Positions 32,373 through 42,933 of a stretch of 64,000 nucleotides of DNA are shown piece by piece. How positions within the stretch are numbered: the stretch's first letter is position 1; the number at the start of each line of letters is the position of its first letter. Source of the stretch: Syntrophales bacterium (GTDB lineage Bacteria; Desulfobacterota; Syntrophia; Syntrophales; UBA2210); assembly GCA_963666365.2 (NCBI GenBank), contig CAXXNF010000001.1:1088001-1152000 (forward strand), read 5' to 3'. Position numbers and translations under genes: made by a program. The notes under the pieces are model-generated. The model saw nothing but the letters and a program-made list of their open reading frames with translations, did no database searches and was not told the DNA's origin.

Positions 32373-33417
32373 TTCAAGAGCGATGTCTATGAATGCGGAA
32401 ATGATAAATGATAAGGGCGGCTTCAAGGTGGGAGGCGAAATCTATAAATGGAAGACCTTTACTTTTATCTATGACCACAAATATGTTCCCGCTGAAGCCG
32501 TCAAGGCCGCGAACAAGGCGATCTTTTCGGACAAGGTACAATTAGTGTCCATCATGGGGGGCAGCCCCACCTTCGCCTGGATTCCGACATTGAAACAGAA
32601 CAATATATTGTCGCTGAATGATACCGCAGGCGGCAAATCCGTCACGAATCCCGACAATCCCCTGGTGTTCAGACACAATCCCGGCATTGAAGCCTCCTAT
32701 GCGGTAGGGCTGAAATATATGAAAGAACAGCAGGGCGTCAAGACGATTGCCTCTCTGAACCCTGACGATGCAACCGGACACAGCAACGATGAAGCCTCTC
32801 GGTATATGGTCGGCAAGGTCGGAGGCCTTGAAATTATTGCAAGTGAATTTTTCGAGCGTGGCACAAAGGATTTCACTTCCCTGCTCACGCGGATTATCGC
32901 CAAAAAACCGGACATGATCGAGACCGGCATGACGGACCCCACCAGCCAGGCACTCGTTCTCAAACAGGCCAGGGAACTCGGCTATAAGGGAACAATGTAT
33001 CTCATATGGGAACCGAATCCACAACAGGTCGTTAAAATAGCTGGCCCCCTTGCCGAGGACGCCTTTCTCGGCATTGCGGAAGCCGAGCCCAAGACTGACA
33101 TCGCAAGAGAACTCTATCAGAAGTTCCTGACAAAATACCCGCCGCAAGAGTGGGATGCGAATTATTACACCCACAGCGAACTTTTCACCCTCCTGACAAT
33201 GGCAATAGAGAAAGCCCAGAGCTTTGATCCTTTAGTCCTCGCCAACGTCATCGAAGGGCTGAAATGGAAAGGCGCCTTGGGTAACCGCAGCTGGGGTGGC
33301 ACGGAAATCTTCGGAATCAAGAGGCAGATACTAATGCCTGTCACACTGCAGACGGTAAAAAACGGCAAGGCTGTTCTAGTGACAAAGCAGTATGTTCCTC
33401 CCGGAGTCCTGGATTAA
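32373..33417 (+). pseudogene. 3' part of interrupted ABC substrate-binding protein
   Basis: EMINDKGGFKVGG, DFTSLLTRI..KPD.I, QARELGYKG; lacks own signal peptide. Confidence 0.85.
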
Positions 33418-33504
33418 GTGAAGTGAAACAGGTCTCTTTTCCTCTCCCCGCACATAACGGCACAAAGGGGAGGGGAAAAATATGCAGTTCCAAAGGAGCA
33501 CACA

Positions 33505-35220
33505 ATGGATCTGGAAGAATTGAAGAAGGAGTTTGAGCAGGACGGACCCAGTGTAGTCTACCGGCTCTATGAGCATGCAAAGTCAAAGGCGGAAAAGAAG
33601 TTTCTCTATTACGGCGAAGAAAATCAATACCTTACCTATGCGGACTTTAATCAATTGACCAACAGAATCGCCCATGCTCTGCAATCGATGGGTGTGGGGA
33701 AAGGCGACAGGGTTTCCCTCTATCTTTTCAATCCCCTTGTCACCGTGTCGGTCATGTTCGGTATCTGGAAGATCGGGGCCGTGTTCAGCCCCATCAACTT
33801 CAATTACAAGGGGAGGCTCCTGTCATATCAAATCAACGATACGGCACCGAAACTCCTGATCACCGAACAATCCATGCTGCCCCTTTTCAATGAGGTCGCT
33901 GCCGACCTTCACCCAATGACGGTGATTTTGCGAAAACCCACACACAACGAGCATGATTACAGCGCCGAAACCGCCTGGATGACGCTGGACAATAAATTTG
34001 AACAGGTGGCTTACGAAGAGCTGCTGAAGGGCGATACAGCGGATCTGTGCACCGAAATCAATTACTGGGATATGGCAAACATTATTTATACCTCGGGGAC
34101 AACGGGACCGGCCAAGGGGGTCATGCAGTCACACCGCTGGATGGCCCAGTATACCCTCAACTCACGGCGGTTTATCCATGAAGATGATGTCTTCTATAAT
34201 GATCTGCCCATGTATCATGTGGGAGGGGCCATCAGCAATTTTGTCCGTGTAGTCTGGGCAGGAAGCAACATCGCCATGTGGGACAAGTTCAGTCCCAAAG
34301 ACTTTTGGGAACGAATCAAGGTGAGCGGGGCAAGCATGACGACCCTTCTGGACGTAATGGTGCCCTGGTTGATGAATGCGCAAGAATCCCCCAGAGACCA
34401 CTTAAATTCTCTAAAAATGGTGCACATGCAGCCTCTTCCCCAGTATCATAACAAGGTGGCGAAGAGATTCTGCATTGATTATATCACCGGCGGCTATGGC
34501 CAGACGGAAGCGGGCAACGGGTTCGTCGGCCTTTTCGATGAACTCGAGCCGGGGGAAGGAACGCCTCCGGAACTGTATAAAGGACATTCCAGAGCATATA
34601 TTCTCGATCTATTCCGGCAATGGGGTTACCCGATTTTCTCAGGGAATGACGAAGTGAAAAAGGGCCTGATGGGACGCTCGGTTATTATTGAACCGGCAGT
34701 GTTGAACGAGCACGACGAAGAACTGGGGCCGGGTCAATACGGTCAGCTGGCGTTTAGAAGCAGACTGCCCTTCTCGATGCTGGACGGCTATTTCAACAAG
34801 CCGGAGGCTACCGTCAAGGTATTTCGAAATCTATGGTTTCACACGGGCGACGCCTGTTACAAGGACGAGAACGACATTTACTATTTTGTAGACAGGATGG
34901 GCGGATTCATACGGACTCGGGGGGAAAACATCTCTTCCTATCAAATCGAAGACATTATCAACAGCCATCCCACCGTACAGGTATGCGCGGCCTTTCCGAT
35001 TCCTGCGGCCGACGGCGAAGAAGACGATGTCGTCGCCTATGTTACGCGGGAAGAGGGTTCGGCGCTTACAGAGATTGAATTGCGGGAATGGCTCGCAAAG
35101 GAAATGCCTAAATTCATGTGGCCGAAGCATATAAGGTTTATCGATGCCTTACCCAGAACACCGACAAACAAGGTGGAAAAATACAAGCTGAAGGAGATGA
35201 TCCTGAACGAGCTGAAATGA
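33505..35220 (+). CDS. Acyl-CoA ligase (CaiC/crotonobetaine-CoA ligase-like)
   Basis: YTSGTTGPAKG, YGQTE, WFHTGD, GENISS, PRTPTNKVEK. Confidence 0.9.
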   Translation: MDLEELKKEFEQDGPSVVYRLYEHAKSKAEKKFLYYGEENQYLTYADFNQLTNRIAHALQSMGVGKGDRVSLYLFNPLVTVSVMFGIWKIGAVFSPINFNYKGRLLSYQINDTAPKLLITEQSMLPLFNEVAADLHPMTVILRKPTHNEHDYSAETAWMTLDNKFEQVAYEELLKGDTADLCTEINYWDMANIIYTSGTTGPAKGVMQSHRWMAQYTLNSRRFIHEDDVFYNDLPMYHVGGAISNFVRVVWAGSNIAMWDKFSPKDFWERIKVSGASMTTLLDVMVPWLMNAQESPRDHLNSLKMVHMQPLPQYHNKVAKRFCIDYITGGYGQTEAGNGFVGLFDELEPGEGTPPELYKGHSRAYILDLFRQWGYPIFSGNDEVKKGLMGRSVIIEPAVLNEHDEELGPGQYGQLAFRSRLPFSMLDGYFNKPEATVKVFRNLWFHTGDACYKDENDIYYFVDRMGGFIRTRGENISSYQIEDIINSHPTVQVCAAFPIPAADGEEDDVVAYVTREEGSALTEIELREWLAKEMPKFMWPKHIRFIDALPRTPTNKVEKYKLKEMILNELK

Positions 35221-35241
35221 TAACAGATAGAGGTACTTACA

Positions 35242-36792
35242 ATGGATTGGCAAGAAAAGATCGATGAGTTGACACGACGGCGTGACACAGCCCTGGAAAT
35301 GGGGGGTCCCGAAAAGATAAGGCGCCAGCATGACCAGGAAAAGCTCACTGCCCGGGAGCGATTGGACCTGCTCTTTGACAAAGGGACGTTTACTGAATAC
35401 GGCTTGCTCGCCATGTCTGCCAGCGAACGCCTTAAAAGGGAAAATAAAAAGACGCCCGCCGATGCGGTGCTTGTCGGCTATGGCAAGATCAACGGCAGGA
35501 TGGCCTGCGGCATTGCCGAGGATTTCACCGTTCTGGGCGGTTCCGTAGGCAGAACCCACTGGCTCAAAAACTGGCGTACCGTACAGCTCGCAAAAAGCAC
35601 AAAGGTGCCTATCGTGTGGATGATGGATGGCGCCGGCGCACGATCGGAGGAAACGATCAACATGGGGCTTCCCCACGTGAGTCATTTTCTCGAAATCGCA
35701 AGGCTTTCCGGCATCGTTCCCCAGGTGGCCATCGCCATGGGTCCCTGTTCGGGCGATTCGTCGCTGCAGGTAAGCCTGATAGAGTTCATCATTATGGTGA
35801 AGGGACACGGGGAACTGTTCGCCGGCGGTCCCCCGGTGGTGTATTCGGCAATCGGCGAGGTCGTGTCCAAGGAAGATCTCGGGGGGTCGAAGATCCATTG
35901 CCGGGTATCCGGGCTGGGCGACAACGAAGCGGCTTCGGACGAAGCGGCTATTGCCATGGCCAAGGAATATCTGTCCTACATGCCGCTCAACGCCTATGAG
36001 TACCCGCCCCATGTGGACACGGGCGATCCCGCGGATCGCATGGAGGAGGAACTCCTGGATATAGTACCGGTAGGGAAAAACAAACCCTACGATATGAAGC
36101 GCATCATCCGCTGTATCGTGGATAAGGGCGCCGTTTTCGAAATCAAGCCCCTTTTCGCGCCCAGCCTGATCACGACACTGGCGCGCATGGGCGGACATAC
36201 GGTAGGCATCATCGCCAACCAGCCAAAGATACTGTCGGGGGCAATCGACGCAAAAGCGGCGGCCAAATACCGTCATTTCGCCGATCTCTGCGGCGCCTAT
36301 CACATTCCGATCATTTTCCTTACCGACGTTCCCGGCGTCATGACGGGCAGCCAGGCGGAACGGCAGGGAACGTTGCGGGCGGGGCTTGCCTGCGCCTATT
36401 CCCTCGCCTTCGCCGATGTGCCGATCATTACGGTGGTCATTAAACGGGCCTTCGGCTATGGAGGCTCTGCCATGGGCGGCTATGAGGCCGGCCAGACCGC
36501 TGTCTTTGCCTGGCCGACGGCTGACTTCGGCGCCATTCCGGCGGGCGGAGGAATCCTGGCGGCCTACAAGAAGGAAATCGAAGCCGCACCGGATCCTGAA
36601 GTCAAGATCAAGGAATTGATGGAGCAGTTCGCCTCGATCGGCGGGCCCTATGGGGCGGCGGCCGACTTCAACGTGGACGATGTAATCGATCCGCGCGAAA
36701 CGAGGCCTCGCATTATCCGGGCTCTGGAGCTGGCCATGCACCGCCGGAGTGTTCCCGCGCAACCTACCTCGCGACACGGAATTATGCCCTAG
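35242..36792 (+). CDS. Acyl-CoA carboxyltransferase subunit
   Basis: KLTARERL, DFTVLGGS, GIIANQP, DVPG, IDPRETR. Confidence 0.92.
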   Translation: MDWQEKIDELTRRRDTALEMGGPEKIRRQHDQEKLTARERLDLLFDKGTFTEYGLLAMSASERLKRENKKTPADAVLVGYGKINGRMACGIAEDFTVLGGSVGRTHWLKNWRTVQLAKSTKVPIVWMMDGAGARSEETINMGLPHVSHFLEIARLSGIVPQVAIAMGPCSGDSSLQVSLIEFIIMVKGHGELFAGGPPVVYSAIGEVVSKEDLGGSKIHCRVSGLGDNEAASDEAAIAMAKEYLSYMPLNAYEYPPHVDTGDPADRMEEELLDIVPVGKNKPYDMKRIIRCIVDKGAVFEIKPLFAPSLITTLARMGGHTVGIIANQPKILSGAIDAKAAAKYRHFADLCGAYHIPIIFLTDVPGVMTGSQAERQGTLRAGLACAYSLAFADVPIITVVIKRAFGYGGSAMGGYEAGQTAVFAWPTADFGAIPAGGGILAAYKKEIEAAPDPEVKIKELMEQFASIGGPYGAAADFNVDDVIDPRETRPRIIRALELAMHRRSVPAQPTSRHGIMP

Positions 36793-36833
36793 CAAAATAT
36801 ACGCAGTTATTGAAGGAGGAAATTTTTTCAGCG

Positions 36834-38390
36834 ATGCCTTTTGAACAACAGATGGAAGAACTAAAACGGCGTAAAGAAAAGGCCCTGAAGATGGGCGGAG
36901 AAGAAAAGATCGCAAAACAGCACGCCAAGGGGAAATACACCGCACGGGAACGGATCGACAAGCTTCTCGATGCCGGTTCTTTTTCCGAAGTCGGAATGCT
37001 GAACCACTCCGACATAACGGGAATGGAAGACAAAAGCCCCGCCGACAGCAAGGTGGGCGGATACGGCACGATTAACGGCAGGCCTGTAGGAATAATTTCT
37101 GCAGATTTTACCGTCCTTGGCGCAACTTCCAGCCGCATTGCGGCACGGAAGGAAAAGGACATACGGGCAACGACCATACGGCATGGCATGCCCCTTCTTT
37201 ATCTGGGAGAAGCAGGGGGCGCCCGCATGCCCGATATTATGGGAGCAGCCGGGCTCGCGTCCTTTGGAGGCGGGGGCAGAGACACCTTTATAGAAAGCAT
37301 GAGCCGTGTGCGGGAAACGCCTATGGTCGCAGCCGTACTGGGAAAGTGCTACGGTGCGCCGACCTGGAAGGCCTGCCTCGCTGATTTTGTCGTGATGGTC
37401 AAGGGAACGGCCATGGGGGTCTCGGGTCCGCGGATTGTATCGATTGCACTGGGAGAAAATATATCCGATGAGGAGCTGGGGGGCTGGGAACTGCACGCAC
37501 GGGTCACCGGCATGGCAGATCGGGTGGCGGAAGATGAAGACGAATGCGTCAATATTATTAAAGAGTTTCTAAACTATATGCCTTCCCATAACGGAGAACT
37601 ACCCCCGCGGGCACCCGTACCGGAAGGCTCCGGCGATAAGATGCCCCATATTCTCGATCTGTTGCCGGAAACGCGAAACCGTACCTACGATATGAACCAA
37701 ATCCTGAAATGCATTGTCGACAAGGACAGTCTTTTCTCTATCAAACCGCTTTTCGGACAAACGGTCATTACATCGCTCGCACGCATCGACGGCAAGGTGG
37801 TCGGTATCGTGGCGAATCAACCCCGTTTCAACGCCGGCGCCATGGACACCGACGGCATCGAAAAGGTCATAAGCTTTCTCTGTCTTTGCGATTCCTTCAA
37901 CATTCCATTAATTTTCATGGAAGACATACCCGGATTTCTGGTGGGACGCGAGGCGGAGCGGAAACGAGTAGGCGCCCACGTAATGAATTTCATGAACGCC
38001 ATGGGACTCCTGACCGTACCTAAAATTACCGTAATAGTGAGAAAGGCCTACGGCATGGCCTATCACAATATGTGCGGCGGCGGAAGCGGCGCCGATTCGA
38101 TCGTCGCCTGGCCTACGGCGGAAATCAGTTTCGTCGATCCCGTCATTGCGGCTAATGTAGTCTTCGGCGCCACACCGGCACACACACCGGAGGAACAGGC
38201 GGAACGGGTGGCAAAAATGGCGGAAGGAACCGATCCTTACGGGGCCGCCGGTCTTCATTTTTTCCACGACGTAATCGATCCGCGGGAAACCCGGAATCAC
38301 ATAATCCGCCTACTTCACCAGACACAGGATTTCTCGAAAACAGGGGGAATCGGCGCACATAAACTGGCCAACTGGCCTACGAAGTTTTAA
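36834..38390 (+). CDS. Acyl-CoA carboxyltransferase subunit
   Basis: TARERID, DFTVLGA, GGARMPD, GIVANQP, RKAYG, IDPRETR. Confidence 0.92.
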   Translation: MPFEQQMEELKRRKEKALKMGGEEKIAKQHAKGKYTARERIDKLLDAGSFSEVGMLNHSDITGMEDKSPADSKVGGYGTINGRPVGIISADFTVLGATSSRIAARKEKDIRATTIRHGMPLLYLGEAGGARMPDIMGAAGLASFGGGGRDTFIESMSRVRETPMVAAVLGKCYGAPTWKACLADFVVMVKGTAMGVSGPRIVSIALGENISDEELGGWELHARVTGMADRVAEDEDECVNIIKEFLNYMPSHNGELPPRAPVPEGSGDKMPHILDLLPETRNRTYDMNQILKCIVDKDSLFSIKPLFGQTVITSLARIDGKVVGIVANQPRFNAGAMDTDGIEKVISFLCLCDSFNIPLIFMEDIPGFLVGREAERKRVGAHVMNFMNAMGLLTVPKITVIVRKAYGMAYHNMCGGGSGADSIVAWPTAEISFVDPVIAANVVFGATPAHTPEEQAERVAKMAEGTDPYGAAGLHFFHDVIDPRETRNHIIRLLHQTQDFSKTGGIGAHKLANWPTKF

Positions 38391-38437
38391 ATTGCAAACT
38401 TTTTGAACATCGAGTGTAGATAAAGGAGATATCGACG

Positions 38438-39995
38438 ATGCCCTTTGAACAACAGATGGAAGAACTGAAGCGCCGCAAGGAGAAAGCGCTGCTGATGGGA
38501 GGAGAAAAAAAGATCGCCAAGCAGCACGCCGAGGGGAAATATACCGCCCGGGAACGGATCGACAAGCTTCTCGACGCCGGTTCTTTTTCCGAAGTCGGAA
38601 TGCTGAACCACTCCGATATGCCGGGGATGCAAGACAGAAGCCCCGCCGACAGCAAGGTAAGCGGCTATGGTATGATTGACGGACGGCCCGTGGGATTAAT
38701 TGCTGCAGACTTTACCGTCCTGGGCGCGACTTCAAGCCGCATTGCAGCACGAAAAGAAGGCGATGTCAGGACCACAGCCACGCGGCACGGCTTCCCCATA
38801 ATCTATCTCGGCGAGGCCGGCGGCGCCCGCATGCCCGACATTATGGGATCGAGCGGTCTGGCATCGTACGGCGGCGGCGGCAGAAGCACCTATCTTGAAC
38901 ATATGAGCAGGGTACGGAAAACACCTATGGTTATGGCCGCGCTTGGCAGATGTTACGGAGAGCCGACCTGGATGGCCTGCCTTGCCGATCTTGTGGTCAT
39001 GGTCAAAGGGGCGGCCATAGGCGTATCGGGTCCCCGAATCGTGTCCCTTGCCCTGGGTGAACAAATCACCGACGAGGAGCTGGGGGGATGGGAGCTGCAT
39101 GCCCGGGTTACCGGCATGGCCGACCGCGTGGCGGAAAACGAAGACGAATGCATGGAAATCATTCGCACATATCTGAGCTACATGCCCTCGCACAACGGAG
39201 CACCCCCCCCCGCGGGCGCCCGTGCCGGAAGGTTCCGGCGCCGACATGCCCCACATTTTCGATCTGCTGCCGGAAAAACGAAACCGCACCTACGACATGA
39301 ACCAGATCCTGAAATGCATTGTCGACAAGGACAGCCTCTTTCCCATCAAACCGCTCTTCGGCCAAACGGTCATTACATCGCTCGCCCGCATCGACGGCAA
39401 GGTGGTCGGTATCGTGGCGAATCAGCCCCGCTTTAACTCCGGCGCCATGGATACGGACGGCATCGAAAAAGTCATGAGCTTCCTCTGTCTTTGCGATTCC
39501 TTCAATATTCCTCTTGTTTTCATGGAAGACATTCCTGGATTTCTGGTGGGACGCGAGGCGGAGAGGAAGCGGGTAGGCGCCCACGTAATGAATTTCATGA
39601 ACGCTCTGGCCCTTGTTACGGTCCCCAAAATCACAGTGATCGTGAGAAAGGCGTACGGTCAGGCCTACTGGAATATGTGCGGTTCCGGCGCAGGCGCCGA
39701 TTCCATAGTCGCCTGGCCCTCAGCCGAAATCAGTTTTGTCGACCCCGTCATAGGGGCAAACGTGGTCTTCGGCGCCACGCCCGCAAAGACGCCGGAGGAA
39801 CAGGCGGAACGGGTGGCAAAAATGGCAGAGGGGACCGACCCTTACGGGGCCGCCGGTCTTCATTTCATTCATGATGTGATCGATCCGCAGGAAACGCGCA
39901 GCCACATCATTAAGATGCTCCAGCAAACACAGGATCTTTCAAAAACGAAAGGAATAAGCGAGCACAGACTGGCCTGCTGGCCTACCAAGTTTTAG
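38438..39995 (+). pseudogene. Tandem paralog carboxyltransferase, split by a +1 frameshift in a C9 run (39203-39211)
   Basis: ORFs 38438-39436 and 39222-39995 together align end to end with 36834-38390; removing one C restores the frame. Confidence 0.85.
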
Positions 39996-40164
39996 ACAGA
40001 AGCCATTTCCACAGGTATATGACTGTTTCCTGTGACTTCACAAAGCAAAGGGATGCATTCTTCATTGTCCGGCACATGCGTCCGGTGTATCGAAAGCGAT
40101 TTGCGTCAGACGGCAGGATTTGATACAAGGCTGGAATTATAAAAGCAAGGAAGGAACCTCACGA

Positions 40165-41037
40165 ATGAAATGGAAAACAAAAATCACTGAATTGCTGGGA
40201 TGCCGATATCCGATTTTGCAGGGTGCCACCGAAATGATCGGCACATGGTCCTTTGCCGCCGCCGTGGCGGAGGCGGGCGCCCATGGGACGATTACCGCAT
40301 CGATATGCAGAACGCCGGATACCCTCCTCGACGATATTCGGCAATGCAAGGATGCCACAAAGGGGTCATTCGGCGTAAACCTGAGCATCGGTCTCTGTCC
40401 CCGGATAGAGGAGATGCTGGAGGTGTGCATCGCAGAAGGCGTTCCCATAGAAACTTCGGTATATAAGCCGGATGCCCTGGCGCCGCGCATCAAGGAATCG
40501 GGATTGCCCTGGATTCATAAGTCAGCCCGGGTAAAAGACGCGATCCACGCCCAGGAAGTGGGGGCAGATGCCATAATCCTGGTGGGGGTGGAAGGTGCGG
40601 GCATCAAAAATCCCGCACAGTTGCCCACCATGACCACCATCCTCTGGGGCGTGCGGGCGCTTTCCGTGCCGGTAATCGCCGCGGGCGGCATCGGTGACGC
40701 TCACAGTTTTCTTGGCGCACTGGCACTCGGGGCCGAAGGGGTGACCATGGGAAGTGCCCTCATGACCACGAAGGAATGCCCTATCGCTCCGGAATATAAA
40801 GAAAAAATGCTGCAACTCAGATTGGATGAGGCAGAGTTCCGTACCCGTGTGCTGACGCCGGCGCCTTTCAACCGCGACGCCGCGGCACGTCCTGAACCAA
40901 AGGATATCGACTGGAGTCATGCCGCTTCCTTCGCGGTGACGGGAATTAATCGGATACTCAGCGTAAAGGATTTTATCAATACTGTGATATCGGACGCGGA
41001 ACATATAGTGCGTGAATGGCAGTTTTTAAAGGACTGA
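40165..41037 (+). CDS. Nitronate monooxygenase / FabK-like flavin oxidoreductase
   Basis: T.LLG..YPILQG, FGVN, GADAII.VG.E.AG, PVIAAGGIGD, LGAEGV.MG. Confidence 0.88.
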   Translation: MKWKTKITELLGCRYPILQGATEMIGTWSFAAAVAEAGAHGTITASICRTPDTLLDDIRQCKDATKGSFGVNLSIGLCPRIEEMLEVCIAEGVPIETSVYKPDALAPRIKESGLPWIHKSARVKDAIHAQEVGADAIILVGVEGAGIKNPAQLPTMTTILWGVRALSVPVIAAGGIGDAHSFLGALALGAEGVTMGSALMTTKECPIAPEYKEKMLQLRLDEAEFRTRVLTPAPFNRDAAARPEPKDIDWSHAASFAVTGINRILSVKDFINTVISDAEHIVREWQFLKD

Positions 41038-41123
41038 TCGTTTGAATCACCGCACAGGGCAAGAGAAACGTAAGGAACGCCCGCATGTGGTGAGAGTTAT
41101 TTTTAACAAAAAGGAGCATATGC

Positions 41124-42653
41124 ATGGAAACGTATCCCTGGTGGACCGATGCACAGGTCGCACTGGCAGAAGAGGCGAAGAGGTTTGTTGATGAAGTGCT
41201 CATGCCGATAGGCACGCGCAGCACCCTGAATAACACATTCAGCCGCGAGGCCATGAAACTGATGGCGGGCGAGGGCTGGTTCGGGGCCCTGGTTCCCAAA
41301 CAATACGGCGGTCACTTCGAAGAATGGGGCGTCACTGGCGCGGCGATTCTTAATGAAGAAGCCGCCCGTGCGGCAGTGGTCGGTCCGCTGGGCACCACCA
41401 TGTTCGGAAGCGCCACACAGCTCCTTCATAACGGGAATGATGCGCAGAAGGAGAAATGGCTGCCGCCGATGGCCCGGGGCGAGCTGCTCGGATGCATTGT
41501 CATGACCGAACCCTATGCCGGTTCCGACATCGCCTCCATCGAATCGACGGCCGTGCGGGAGGGCGACAGCTACATTATCAATGGAAAAAAACGTTTTCAA
41601 ACCACCGCCGCTGCCGCGGACTGTTATCTCTGTTATTTCCGGACAAGCGACAGGCCGGAGGACAGGGCGGCCTACCGTCATCTCAGCGCTTTTGTGGTCG
41701 AGAAGGGCGCCCCCGGATTCCACGTGGAAAAGATCAACGATATGATCGGGATGCAGGGCAATTATAACGGCAACCTGGCCTTCGATGACGCACGGATTCC
41801 CGCCTTCAATCGTCTGGGTGAAGAGGGCGACGGATGGAAGATCATGATGGGCGGCCTCAATGTCGAACGCATTCTCAACGCCGCGCCCATTATCGGCTTG
41901 ATGCGTGAGTGCCTACGGTACACACACCACCACCTCGAGCGACGTCTTCAATTCGGTCGCCCCACCGGAGATATTGCGACCAACCAGTTCAAACTGTCGG
42001 ACATGATTTCAAACCTATCACTGAGCAGGCTGGTCATGTATTATGCATCCTACTGCGCCGATCTCGGACGGGAAGTCCCTATCGAAGCGGCGGTTTCCAA
42101 ACTCTTCGCCGCCGATTCACTCATGGAAATGGCCGTTGAGGCCATTCAGTGCATGGGAGGAAACGGCACGCTGAAGATCTATCCCATTCAACGGATCATG
42201 CAGGATGCCAAGCTGACGCAGATAGCAGCGGGCACCTCGGAAGTGCTCAAGCTCCTCATCTACCGCCAGGGGACAAGGAAAATGAAGGAGGATCTGAAAG
42301 TTCCCCAGCGCATCGTCGATCCGGAGCTGCGCGTACCCCTGCCTGTTGGGAAGGCCACGGCCAAGATACCCGCTGCGGGCGAGACGGACGTGCTGAACAT
42401 CCTGGCAGAAAATTACCTGGTCAATCCCGGCCTGCATATGACTATGGGCGACATCAGAGAGTGGCTTGAGATCACTCACGCCGACCTGATCGCCTGCCTG
42501 GAAAGCCTGGAGACGAAGGGCCAAGCCGGACTCTACCGAACGAAGCGCGGCATCGAACTGGCGAGGATCACCCTTTCGGGCCTTCAGGCAGCGCACTCGC
42601 CCGACTATTATCACTATATGCCGGAATGGGTAAACCAGGATGACCTGTTTTAG
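41124..42653 (+). CDS. Acyl-CoA dehydrogenase (IVD-like) with C-terminal winged-helix-like extension
   Basis: MTEPYAGSD, INGKKRF, GLNVER, RLQFGRP, QCMGGNG, IAAGTSE; ~120 extra C-terminal residues. Confidence 0.9.
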   Translation: METYPWWTDAQVALAEEAKRFVDEVLMPIGTRSTLNNTFSREAMKLMAGEGWFGALVPKQYGGHFEEWGVTGAAILNEEAARAAVVGPLGTTMFGSATQLLHNGNDAQKEKWLPPMARGELLGCIVMTEPYAGSDIASIESTAVREGDSYIINGKKRFQTTAAAADCYLCYFRTSDRPEDRAAYRHLSAFVVEKGAPGFHVEKINDMIGMQGNYNGNLAFDDARIPAFNRLGEEGDGWKIMMGGLNVERILNAAPIIGLMRECLRYTHHHLERRLQFGRPTGDIATNQFKLSDMISNLSLSRLVMYYASYCADLGREVPIEAAVSKLFAADSLMEMAVEAIQCMGGNGTLKIYPIQRIMQDAKLTQIAAGTSEVLKLLIYRQGTRKMKEDLKVPQRIVDPELRVPLPVGKATAKIPAAGETDVLNILAENYLVNPGLHMTMGDIREWLEITHADLIACLESLETKGQAGLYRTKRGIELARITLSGLQAAHSPDYYHYMPEWVNQDDLF

Positions 42654-42933
42654 TGGAGTATTTATTATGGCCCTGTAAATAGCTCCACTATGCCGACGGG
42701 TCGGCATTATGAGGAAATAAAAAAATTCTCTCTGCCTCTCGGCGGGAGAAAATGAATCAGTTAGGCAGAAGGTATATTACTCCTTGGGGAGGGAATGGCG
42801 GGGGAAGGGATTGCTCCCGGATCGCAGTAATCTTTTTTGGTGCCTCTGTATGGATTAAAACCTTCAGTCAACGGCGGGCGTCTTTTAAGGTTTTTCCTTG
42901 ACATCGGATAAGAGCTGTCCGTATATCTAGCAC

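Noticed and set aside
33437..33480. Intergenic stem tttcctctcccc...ggggaggggaaa
   Set aside because: Plain hairpin after an SBP gene, consistent with ordinary mRNA stabilisation; nothing further supportable
35149..36945. 598-aa minus-strand ORF
   Set aside because: Antisense shadow of a well-supported carboxyltransferase; no motifs
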